A DNA stretch of 64,000 nt. Source: Sphagnum compactum. Its lineage: Eukaryota. The position numbers and the translations under genes are program-made. Shown one piece after another: positions 1-12,400 of this stretch. The notes beneath the pieces are model-generated. The model was not told the origin of the DNA. It searched no databases and saw only the letters and a program-made list of their open reading frames with translations. Numbering within the stretch: position 1 is the stretch's first letter; the number at the start of each line of letters is the position of its first letter. The DNA lies in assembly GCA_965153455.1 (NCBI GenBank), contig OZ234494.1, forward strand, positions 11,842,001 through 11,906,000. The letters are read 5' to 3'.

Positions 1-3000
1 GCATTTTTGTAACTTTTTTGTGACATTGATTTTTTTATTTTTTATTTTTTATGTGCTTCTTGTCGCCATCTTCTCTTACACGCTCTATGTTCTTTTCCTA
101 CAACACAATTATGCAACACACTTTATCTTCTTCTTATGCAAATTTTCTAACGATCTTCATTATTTTTTTAATCTGAAGTTTTTCATTGTTGTTTCCCCTT
201 GTTTATTCATTTCTTCCATTATGTGCGAAGTGAACCACACTTTCTTTTCTTTGTTTATCATTTTCCATGCACAACGCTTTTGAGAGCCTTCTTGGCTCTA
301 TTAGTTTTTTATCCTCCATTTGATCTTAATTTGATTTTAAAAAAAATTCTATTTTCTCCTTCCCTTACATTTTGTACTCATCTTTTTTTTTTTTTTTTCA
401 TTTTGTACATTATTTTCGTGGACTGAAAAATCACTTGTTACTTCTTATGCAAAGTTGATAAAATTTTGTTTTGGAAAACTTTTGATTCATATATATATAT
501 TTTTTATTTTTTCCAGTGAAAAATGCAACATAAAAGTATAATTGGTTTTCCATTTTTCTATTTTTTTTAGAATTATGATTTCAAATTTCCAAGTGTTTTT
601 TCCCTCCATGCTTTACAATTTTCTCTTACATTGCGATGCAAGGCCTATGTTTTGCAGCTTGAGTTTTACTTATATGTTGCATAGAGCTCTGAAGAACTTG
701 AACTTGACCTGGATGCTACAATTCAGGATGTTGTGGGTTGCTTGAACTTTATTTGGACGATGCAATTCACGATGCTGCAAGTTTTGTTGTTTGGAGTTGA
801 CTTGAGTTACATATTCAATTTTTGTACTTTTACAACATCTTCATTTGTAAATGTTGGACTTGGATTTGTGTTTCATATTCATTTTAAGAGTTCAAACATT
901 TACATACTCAGATTTTTGCACTTTGAAATACATTGGGATTTAGTTTTTTTTTTCATTGTATGGGAATCTACTTTTGGAATCTGTTGTTAAAATTGGAATC
1001 TGGTTTTGGAATCTTTTGTTTAGTTTGAATTTCAAATTCAATAGATTTTGAAATTTTTATCTAAAATGAGTTAAAAGAAGATAAGAAAATCAAAAGAAAA
1101 TAAATTTTGATGTAAGTAAAAGAAAAAAAAGATTAAAATTTTAAAATTTTGAAATTTTTTTAAAAAATGAAAAAAAAAAACCTTCTAGATTTCAAAAGGC
1201 CCAATACAAGCTATACTAGACCTTCCAAAATCCGGAAGGTACAATTGACAAAAACTATAAAATTTGGACAGGCAAATGCCTTAAAAATACAAAGAAAGAA
1301 TTCGATTGGTTTTTTACGGTCATAGAAAATTGAATAGTTTTGTTTTTCCATGTGTTATGTGGAGCGATCCCTTTAACCCATGTGCAAAACCAACATCCAA
1401 CCATTGTTTTATTTTGCCACATGTGTAAGTGTTCTTTTTATTGATGGCATGGATGGGCATGTTCCAAATCTATTTCAACTCATTAAATTGTTGTTTATAT
1501 TAAACATTCTGATATTTGAGTAGTTTTTTCTTAACCACCTTTGAAAACCAATATCCATAAGTTATAACCTTTACACATGACTTGGAGTATGGTTATGTGA
1601 TATTTGTTTTAGCTTTTTATCAAGTCATTTACAATTTCAAGTATGTGTAAGTACATTTGTTCACCAACCACTTTGGTTGTGTTTGGATGCAAACAAATAT
1701 TAAGTTTAGTGATTCATGTTACTTTAAACCTATTAATATGCAATTAAACTTTAATCTTTTTTAATTAGCTATTATTTAAAAATATTTGATGTGTCTTCTT
1801 TTGAATTATTTGGTTAAATGTGGAGAAAGGTAGTTATTAGGTGAATGTTTATCACAACTTATAAAGTTTCAATCTTTTCATTTAGTATTAAATTGATGCA
1901 TGATATATTAAGGTATAATATTGATATTTTGTAATGTTAATGCCTTGCACAAGTAGTAATCGGGGGTTTGATCAAAAGGTGCATATTGAAGCCATTGTTG
2001 CAAAGTTCTCTACAACAAAATTCAATGCAAGGCTAATAGTCACAAAATAACAAATATTGAAAGCCTTTGACATGGAGTATAATAGTGAAAAATCGTTGGC
2101 TAGTGAAGAAATGGAAGAAGGGGACTAGGAACAAAACACAATTGACTTGGACAAGATGAACAATGATTTTTCAAAGGAGACACCATGTGTGGGCTTCACA
2201 TGCAAGAAAATGAACAAATCTTCCATGTAGGCATGTGTATTCCAATACAAACCTTGGAATGTTTTATGTAATACTATAATTTAATTGGTTAATGGAAAGG
2301 TTAAAATATTGACATAATTACATAAATGTTCATTTTTTTTGCAAATTTGTATTACATTTGGTAAACAAGAACTAACTTCAAATGTAATTAAAATGGCTTT
2401 GGAATCAAATATTTGCTTGTACATAATGAAACCTTGAAAATAAATAAATGAAAGAATTAAATGAACAATATTAAAAATATATTTAAGTAATGGAACCCCT
2501 TCTAGCATTACTTATTTTTTTCATTTCCTTAATTTTTTTGAAATTGCACCATTAGTTGATACCATTTGGTGAAACTTTTATCTGTTATTATTTAATTAAA
2601 GATTAGCGCTATTAATTAACATAGCCACCTTAAACTATGTTCATAATGAACACATTAGTAAACTTCCATTAAAAATATTATTTCCAAAACGTACAAAAGA
2701 GATGCCCTAAAATGGATCATCATTGAAAATACTAGAAATAAGTAACCAATGTTTTTGTAAATTGTTGAAGACGGTTTGTTAGGTGGGAGGTTACTACTTA
2801 CTACCACGGACTTTTCTGAAGACAAGTCACATGACTCCATGCGTAGTGCTAATAACAATAAAAGATTTATGTGATTACATGATTTAAATTTGTAATTTTT
2901 GTTCAATGCATTTGCTTGGTCAAACTTTCAAGTTTGCTTGCTAGTTGTGATGAAGGTTAGCCTTAGAGTTTGAGTAATTGTGCACTTCCTTTAGTATATG

Positions 3001-4741
3001 GTGGCTAACTTATTACGTAACCCCTTGATATTAGATTTTTTTTGAATTATTAATTTTCAATACATATTTTTGGTCATTACAAATTTCAACAACATGAACA
3101 TAGAATTGGCCATTCAAATTGATGTACAATCATGTGTTGAAGGATTTTTTTTTTAAAATCAACTTTTGGATTTTCTTCCTTCCCTTTTTCATAAACAGTG
3201 CAAAGTGTCAATGTGAAATATGCACAAGAATTCGTCAAAATTTGTAATGAAACAATTCTTGTAAAACACATTTCCAAAAATTTTGTTCCAAAACATCCAC
3301 TAAATTGAGATTATTTTATGTAGGATAAAAAAGTCACCCAATTGTTAATATAAATCACAATTACATTAAGATTATTTTAAGTTGTTATATTTAGATTGAG
3401 AAAGGTATTTTGAATAATTGGGAAGGATATTAAGTTTCCATATATTGGAACAAAATTCATGTCATTGTAAGAATAATTTATGGCTAGGTTGGACAAATAA
3501 CAAAAGGACACAATAAATGAACTAAAGTTCAATTAACTATTTTTATTTGCTGAAAATGTATAAGCATTGCTTGACTTCAATTAATGTTGTTAAACATATA
3601 ATAATAATTCCATGAACACATAATGACATGCTAGACATCGAAGTTTATTAGATTTAGTAAAGGCAAAATGGTTTGATTACTAAAGTTGGATTAAGTATGA
3701 AAGCTTAGTTACCATGTCACATGATGCCATGTCAAATCATAAGTGACATGATGTAAGTCTAAGTCAAATGTATTGGATATTTCAAGAATATCAAACATAT
3801 TCAAATATATAAGAAAATGATGTAAAATATTCCATGAATTTTAATGGTATATTCTTGAAATAATGATGTAAAATGATGTTGTGACATCACATCATGATAT
3901 GACATGACAAATGATGTAAAACCCTTGTGTCATGACATATTTGACAACCATGTATGAAAATGATGTTGCAAGGGGTGCAAAATGGCCGCACCTAAAGATG
4001 GAGTTTTGCCAATAATCAAATTTGCAAAACACACATTAAACAATGATGCAATGACATGGAACATGGTGCCACAATAGAGTTTCTAATGTGTTGATAGAAG
4101 TTGGTATTGCATATACATAATGTGTAAAAATTAGAGAGTTAATGTAATATTTGTTTTCACAATAAGTGAATATGTTTTGAAATCTATTATGTTTTTGGGC
4201 TTCTAAGATAGTTTAAGAGGGTAAAAATGATTTTGAGGTGTGCAAATCAATGTGGTGTTTTTGGAAATCCTACTTTAAATAAGCTTTAAATCATTTTTGA
4301 ATGAAAGCTTGTGTTTTACTAAAATCATATTTGTAATAATTGGAGAGAAAATAATGGGACAACGATTATGTGCATTAATAGGTTCTAAAAACCTTTGGTT
4401 TTTTGTTTGTTTGTTTGGTTTATTTTGTTGCTTGCTTTAAAGGTGAAAAATTGTGAACATGAAAATGAAGAAAACAAATTCTTCATGGACATGGTGGTAT
4501 ATTTCAACCATCATTTAAATTTATAAATCATGCATGCATACCTTAATCAAATCAAGGATGGAAAACAAACAGAAAAAATGTAGAGTTTTTATGAGTACAT
4601 TAAACTTCGAAACTGTATTCAGTAGGGGTATGATGGAAAAACAAAAAAATACAAATAAAAATGGCAATAAAATGGACAATGAAGTGTTGTAAGCCCTAAA
4701 ATTAAATGGTTCAATAAATCATGTCAGACGTAAGTAAGAAA

Positions 4742-6575
4742 AATGGTTTTGAATTTAGTGTGAATTATGATTAATGGAAGGTTGAAATATAATCATGTTT
4801 TGTAATTTCAAAAATAACAATTGTGAATTGAATTGATTTATGATGAGTGAGAATTGAAATAAAGTCATGTTGTGTAATTCAAAAATAGTAACATTCAAAA
4901 TAATTATGAAATGTGGTGGATTGAATTGAATTGTAACATGATATGGGGTTGTACACATTAGTTGGTTTCACACTTGTTGGAATCCCAATAAATGGTTGTC
5001 CAATCATCTATTATTTCCTTCACATAGTTGGCATGTAGCTTAACATCCACATTGCCAAACGTTAATGATCTCATTTTCTTGCAATATGAACATGTTTTTT
5101 CAAAGGGACATCCTTATGTTAAGGGACCATTCATCTTTTAAACCATGATATTATTTTGAAACCATATTATTACTAAAAGTTCAATAGAAACTGTATTCCC
5201 AAGGTAAGAGTAATGGTTTTGAGTTGAATTTAAATTGTGATTGATTAAAAGTTGAAATACAATTATGTTTTGTAATACAAAAATAACAATTGTGAGCTAG
5301 ATTGATTTGTGATGAATTGAACATTGAAGTAGAATCATGTTGTATAATCAAGAGAAGTAACATTCACATGATTATGAGTTGTGATGAATTGGACTGAACT
5401 ATAACATGAGATGGGATTGTACACATTAGTGGGCGTCACAATTTAATAATTTGAATGCCAATAAATGATGACTCAATCACCCATTACTTCCCTCACATAG
5501 TTGGCATGTAGCCAAACATTCATGTTGCCAAACACTAGTGATTTCATTTTCTTGCAAATATGAGCAAGTTTTTTTCAAAAGGGACATCCGTATGTTGGGT
5601 GACCTTTCACCTTCTAAACCATGATATTACATTGAACTATTAAAAGCTCAATAAAAACAGATTATTCCCAATACAAGAACAATGGTTTTGAAGTGAAAAT
5701 GAATTATGATTAATTGAAAGTTGAAATATAATCATGTTTTGTAATAAAAACTAACGAGTGCGAGTTGAATTGATTTGTGATGAGTTGGACATTGAAGTAG
5801 AATCATGTGTAATCAAGAAAAGTAACGTTCAAATAATTATGAGTTGAGATGGATTGAATTGAATTGTAACATGAGATGAGATTGTACACATTAATGGGTG
5901 TGACAACTTAGTTATTGAAATGCCAATAAATGGTGATTCAATCACATAGTTGGCATGCAGCCAAACATCCATTTTGCCATGTGATCTCATTAGTGATCTC
6001 ATTTCCTATAACATGAACATGTGTTTTTGAAGGGGTATCCTTATGTTAGGTGACCTTTCACTTTCTATACCATGAAAATTACTTTGAATTACTAAATGTT
6101 CAATGGAAATTGGTTATTCCCAAGGTAAGAGTAATGGTTTTGAATTGAGCATGGATTGCGATTGATTGAAAGTTGAAATATAATCATGTTTTGTATCTAA
6201 AAATAACAATTGTGAGTTGAATTGAGCATTGAAGTACAACCATGTGTAATCAAAAGAAGTAACGGTTCAAATAAATGTGAGTTGTGATGGATTGAAATGA
6301 ATTGTAATGTGAGATGAGATTGTACACATTAGTAGGTGGCACAATTTAATTATTGGAATGCTAATAAATGACCATTCAACCACCCCTTATTTCCCTCACA
6401 TGGTTGGCATGCAACCAAGCATCCATGTTGCCAAACATTAATGATCTCATTTTCCTTTAGTTCGAAAAGGTTTTTTTCAAAGGGGCATCCCTTTGTTAGG
6501 TGATTAACTTTCACCTTCTAGGGCACGAGATTAACTTAAACTATCAAAATTTCAATGGAAATTACTTATTCTCGA
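4742..6575. repeat. Diverged tandem array of four units of about 450-470 bp
   Basis: AATGGTTTTGA recurs near 4742, 5213, 5681 and 6133. Each unit contains TTGTACACATTA, GTTGGCATG and a TGATCTCATTT-like block in the same order. Confidence 0.88.
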
Positions 6576-8054
6576 AAAGGATTGTCACATTTCATTTTTC
6601 AACAATCATTTTACTTGTAACCTTACTTGGTTGATTTGAAAACATCGATTATCTTTTTCATTTAAACTTTGCTATTAAATAATTCATTTGTAACACCCAC
6701 TATTGAATAGGTTTGACATTTAGGCATTGATGATTTGGAAAAAAAAAGAAACATGTTAAAAAGTTTGAAGGTGCACTAATTAATTGGAGTAGAATAAACT
6801 TATTGTCCAAATATATGACTAAGTTAAATTAAGAAACAAATAATAACATTAGATGAAAGAAAAGAAAGAAAAGAAAAATATGAAAAGTGAACAAAAGGCA
6901 TTGAAAAACGTTAGACCATTTAAGTTTAAATTGAATGAACATTTTTCATGAAAACAAATTCATACGATAAAAATATTGGTGTTTGTTTGTCTAAGTCCTT
7001 TTGTATATATGTATTTACCTATATACCATAGTTTAGGGTTAGTTTCCACAAGGTCAAAACATATATATATATATATATATATATTCTAATGACAATGTTT
7101 CATCAAATCTAGTTTATGTAGGATGGATATTTTGGTGATTGTCATTATGATAATTCCAAAGTCATTCCGAATTATAATTAATCATAAATCAAAATTCATT
7201 TTCAGAATCTTTTTTTTTGTTATTTGTTTTGCACCCTTTTTAGACAAACCCTTTCAATTGTTTTTTTTTTTTTTTTTTTGGGTTTGTTTGTATCTTGTTG
7301 TGAACTTTTCTAATGAATCAAACTTTCATTGGCATTTTGCTTAGCAAATAAAAAATGTAAAAAACTATTAATAGAACAAAATGAATGAAATTTACAATTT
7401 TTTTTTAAAAGACAAAATTGATTACAACAAATTATTATGTCCACACAAAATAATTTGATCATCGTCATTGGTAGTGCAAAACAACATGAAGCCCAAATTT
7501 GAAACTATTATTATTTTATGATCTACTATGAAATTGTCATATGAAAGAATAAAATTATTTAGAACATAGTCTACCATATGTATGATGGTTTTCAACACGT
7601 TAACTTCATATTTTCATGAAAATTAAATTCTCTATTTTAAAGACTATTTAATGAAAAAAATATTTATTTTGCATTTTACGAGGTTTAAAAAATTAATGGT
7701 GAACAATAACCAACTTTCCCCCTTCATTATGATAATCAATTAAAAAATCAACAAGGGACAAAACCATAGACAAGATTAAAATAATAATGAACTCTACCGA
7801 TGAGATAACACGATTCAAGATTGAAAAAATGGGAATTTTGGGAAATTTTCCATAATGTGATTTTCACTATTTTTTCTTTCATTTGGGTGGAAAAAATTGC
7901 CAAAATTGCGATATCACAAAATTGGAAAAAAATAAAAATCCTTTGCATGCAACATGGTTAAGTAATTTGATTGCAAAATGAATCAAAATGATATAAATAA
8001 TAAAAACAAATAGCAGCCTTTTAGTTAGGTCTTTGGCTATATATATATATATAA

Positions 8055-8826
8055 CTAGGGGGGAACTAACCAAGGGTTTACAACAATTAAGGTAGTAGGT
8101 TACAAAAGTGGGATGAATAGATAGATGGATGGATGGATGGATGAATGAATGAATGAAATGGGATGAAGGAAGTCCCAATAAGTGACCTAACCGGCTTGTT
8201 GTGTTTGGTTATAACTTAAATCTAAGTGATTAATTAATCAAATTAATTAATTAATTAATTAATTTTGGTGTGATACCCAACTGGTACCCACTGAGTATAA
8301 TTACCAGAAAATTTATTATTATTATTATTATTATTATTTTTTTTTAGCAGGTCTTTACGCTCGTAATTTTACCCTTACACTTTCCTCTGGGCAGGGGGCA
8401 ACCAAACAGAAAGAAATTGAACTAGGGGGGAACCTAAGTAAGGGGTTGACAACAACAAAGGAAGAGGGCACGAAAGTGGGGATGGAAGGATGGAATGAAT
8501 GAATGAAGTTCCCATCAAGTGAGAGCTATAACCAGCTTATTGTGTGTGCTTCATAAGTGGGCACCAAAGTGGGGATGGAAGGATGGAATGAATGAAGAAG
8601 TCCCCATCAAGTGGGCTAAGCAGCTTATTTTTGTGTGTGGTTAATAAGTGGGTACGAAAGTGGGGATGGAAGGATGGAATGAATGAAGAAGTCCCATCAA
8701 GTGAAGGTAAAGCAGCAGCAGCTTATTTTTGTGTGTGGTTAATAAGTGGGCACGAAAGTGGGGATGGATTATCGGATTATGAAATGAGCTGAATGAAAGT
8801 GGCAACAACGTGACCTAACCAGCTTG
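8055..8826. repeat. Diverged tandem repeat of about 90 bp upstream of DCL1
   Basis: AAAGTGGGGATGGA recurs near 8473, 8566, 8657 and 8755, mostly followed by AGGATGGAATGAATGAA..GTCCCATCAAGTG. A more diverged copy lies near 8105. Confidence 0.85.
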
Positions 8827-8880
8827 AAGGTTAGCATGGTGGTCATAAACTAATCACGGTTACTGTGTGCTCAAACGAAA

Positions 8881-9177
8881 CCGGATGTAAAACAACACGC
8901 AACAGATGTAAATTGGATGTTAAACAAACATTCAACGGATGTAAAACAACACGCAACGGATGTAAAACAATACTCAACGGACGTAAAACATTGGAATGGA
9001 TGTAGAAAAACACTGAACGGATGTAAAGCAACCTCAACGGATGTAAAACAACAACACTCCAACGGATGTAAAACAATACTCAACGGATGTAAAACAATGA
9101 ATAGATGTAAAACCACACTGAACGGATGTAAAGCAACACTCAACGGATGTAAAACATTCAATGGATGTAAAGCAACT
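8881..9177. repeat. Minisatellite of about 15 units of roughly 18-24 bp with core AACGGATGTAAA
   Basis: Directly visible repeated core. It explains the spurious repetitive ORFs at 8843-9459. Confidence 0.92.
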
Positions 9178-9418
9178 CTTATCTTCGGCGACCGGCGGTC
9201 GCCGCAGTTGGCTCGAAGGAGGCGGGCGGAGAGGGAGGTGCGACGAGACACGAGGAAGAGGAGCTTCGCACAAACGCTCTTCAGCTCTCGCACGCACCCC
9301 TCCTCCTCCTTGTGCTCGCTCTCGCCTTCTCACGCAAGCCTGGATCTCCAGGCCTTGCCTTGTGCCTGTGTTTTTGTTGTTGTTGTTGCTGCGGAGGAGG
9401 AGGAGGAGGAGGAGCTAC

Positions 9419-12400
9419 ATGGATTGGAGATGGCAACAAGAACAACAAACCCACAATAACAACAATGATAGAGGAGGAACTAGAAGGATGCGTCCTCTGG
9501 TGGACGAGCAGGGAGGAGGAGGTGCTGCTGTCGGTGGTGCTCGTCCTCCGGGAGGAGGAGGAGGAGGAGGAGGAGGAGAACAACAACAACAACAGCGAGC
9601 AGGAACTACTGCTAGGACGCGAGCCAGTGATGAGGACGATGGCGGTTCCGAGCGCTGGAAGAGAGTGAAGGTAGACGGAAGAGAGAACGGGTTGCGTGGG
9701 AATTGGGAGTTGGATTTTTATAGGGATCGCGCTGCTTGGGAAGTTGGGAATTCGCAATTGGGAGAAGGCAGAGCGACGACGATGGCGGTTGGGATGATGG
9801 GTGGTGGTGGTGGGCAGGTGGTGAGAGAGGATTCAGCTGGACGGAGTCGAGAAGCTGAGAGGTTTAGTGGTGGAGTGGGGAGGGGACAAGAGTTGGAGAG
9901 GAGAGGAGGAGGAGGACGAGGAGGAGGTAGCAGGAGGATGCGGTCGCCGGAAGAAGTGGTGCTGCAACATGAGTCTGAGAGAGATGAGAGTAGCAGACGC
10001 AAGAGGTTGAAGCAAGAAGAAGGGCTGGGGAACGGCAGCAGTGGGAGAGGGAGAGAAATGGGATTTGCAAGTGAGAGAGAGAGAGACAGAGAGAATGGAC
10101 GTGATCTTCGCATGAGGGATTATGAGAGAAGAGGTCCTCATCTCGAAAGGGATGGATTCAGAGGAGGAGGAGAAAGAACGGTTTTCAGGCCGCCTCCTCC
10201 TCGACTCAACAGAGAGGGAGACAGCAGAGAGGGAGGAGGAGGAGAGTTCCAAAGAGACCGATCGAAAATCAGGGAGAAAGAGAGAGTAGGAGGAGAGCCA
10301 CGGAACGGGGAGCAGAAGAAGAAGATGGAGCAGCCACCAGCAGCAGCGGCAGCAGCAGCACCACCAGCCAAAGAGAGAAGGGGCGAGGAACAAGCTCGGA
10401 AGTACCAGCTGGAGGTTTTGGAACAAGCCAAGGTGAAGAACACCATTGCTTTTCTAGAGACAGGTGCAGGGAAGACTCTCATAGCAGTGCTGCTCATGAA
10501 GCACAAGTATGAAACCATGAGGCAACAGAATCAACGCATGCTGGCTGTTTTCCTTGTACCCAAGGTTCCCCTTGTTTACCAGGTAAAAAAAATTCTCTCT
10601 CTTCTCTTTCAAAGAAAAAGATCATCATCATTGTGAGTTCAACCCACCCATTCGACCGAAAGCTGTCACATGACATCCATGAAATTGTCACCCTTCAGAT
10701 CCTTACTCTCATCATCCCACATTCAGCAGAGACGGAGAAGAGAATTCTTCTCGTGCAGATAGATTGAAGAAAAGGTTTTTTTTTTTTTTTGCAGTTTGTT
10801 TTTCTGGGTTTGGGATTTTTTGCTGATGGTTTCTCTCTTTTTTGGCCTCTCTCCTTTCGGGTTTGTGTGTGTGTGATTGTGACTGACTGACTGTTTGCAA
10901 TGTGGATGGCAGCAAGCGGAGGTGATTCGTGAAGGCACCGGATACCATGTTGGCCATTACTGCGGAGAAATGGGTCAAGATTTCTGGGATGCAAGAAGAT
11001 GGCAACGGGAGTTTGATACGAAAGATGTGCGTTAAAGATGTTTCCCCATTTGAAAAGTCTGATTAAATGTTCAGGATCACCGTTATTGATCACTGTTTGC
11101 TGACATCCATTTCAGTCTTCTTATAAGTCTTACATTTGATGAGGGGACTTGCTAAATCATCATCTTCTTACAAGTCTCTTTTTGATAATGGGACTTGCTG
11201 AATCATCATCATCTTCTTCCATGGCCCGAGCAGGAGAATCTGAAAAAGAACCAGGAATGCATGTGAGAAAGAGGAGGTGATGTTGTTGTTGTTGATGGGG
11301 GAGCATGTGTGAGTGTGTGCAGGTTCTGGTGATGACTGCGCAGATATTGTTGAACATTCTGCGGCATAGCATCATACGAATGGAGGCTATTCACTTACTG
11401 ATTCTTGATGAGTGCCACCATGCAGTGAAGAAGCATCCATATTCATTGGTCATGTCGGAATTCTACCACATCACAGCCAAGGAGAAACGACCATGTGTCT
11501 TTGGCATGACTGCATCCCCTGTCAATCTCAAAGGTACGCGGGCAGGTTTTGAACTGTTTTTGAGGTGATCCGATCACATCCATCGAGTGTCAGTCAAAAT
11601 GAAGAGCTCAATTTGGGAAGTTGAACGTCTAGGAAGAAACAGTCTGCTGCTGTTTTTGTGGATTTTGGCAGCTGATTAGTGTTTCGAGGACAATATTGGA
11701 AATCACCAAGTTGACAATTGTGGTACTGGGCATCATTTGAGCTGTGCAGGAGTATCGAATCAAGAAGATTGTGCAATCAAAATTCGTAATCTGGAGAGCA
11801 AGCTGGACTCGATTGTGTGCACAATCAAGGATCGAAAGGAGCTGGAGAAGCATGTGCCAATGCCCTCTGAGACAATGGTGGAGTATGATAAACCGGTACT
11901 GCTCTTCTCATTACGGGAGCAAGTGAAGCGGATGGAAGTAGCTGTGGAGGAAACTGCGAATTCAAGTCACAAACGCAGCAAGTGGCGCTTCATGGGTGCT
12001 CGTGATGCTGGTTCGAAAGAAGAGTTGCGGCTGGTGTATGGTGTGTCTGAGAGGACCGAGAGTGATGGAGCAGCAAGCCTGGTCCAGAAGCTGAGGGCTA
12101 TAATATATGCTCTTGATGAGCTTGGTCAGTGGTGTGCTTACAAGGTTAGGACATATCCCTTGTTGCCCTGGAGGACAGAAGAGAGTTGTTGCTGTGTCCT
12201 GTTCATTCCAGGGACTTTCAGAATCTGGAAGTTGTTGACAAATTGTCCACAGTTTTTCCAGGATGGTTTTCTAGAGCTTTCAGAGTGTGAATGAACGGGA
12301 TGATAGATCCTGGCACAAGACCCAACACATGATGGATGATGGATGGTGTCTAATTGTTTTTGTGTGGATTTGCAGGTGGCGCTGACATTTCTTACGAGTT

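Noticed and set aside
1-4700. Short AT-rich ORFs here and in 49300-55500
   Set aside because: No recognisable domains or consistent splice structure. Probably decayed repeats that I cannot classify by eye.
8881-9177. CRISPR-like appearance of short repeats (also 58865-59280)
   Set aside because: There are no unique spacers of constant length and no cas genes, and the context is eukaryotic and intron-rich.
8843-9459. Repetitive ORFs (TLNGCK / VLHPL repeats) and in-frame ATG 9161 extending DCL1
   Set aside because: These are translations of the minisatellite. ATG 9161 lies inside the repeat, and the extension has no recognisable protein character.
9281-10518. Long antisense and alternative-frame ORFs over DCL1 exon 1
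   Set aside because: These are by-products of GC-rich trinucleotide repeats that lack stop codons.
11200-11285. Possible stem in DCL1 intron 2 (CATCATCTTCTTC / GAGGAGGTGATG)
   Set aside because: Only about 12 bp of low-complexity pairing around a large loop, so it is not miRNA-like.
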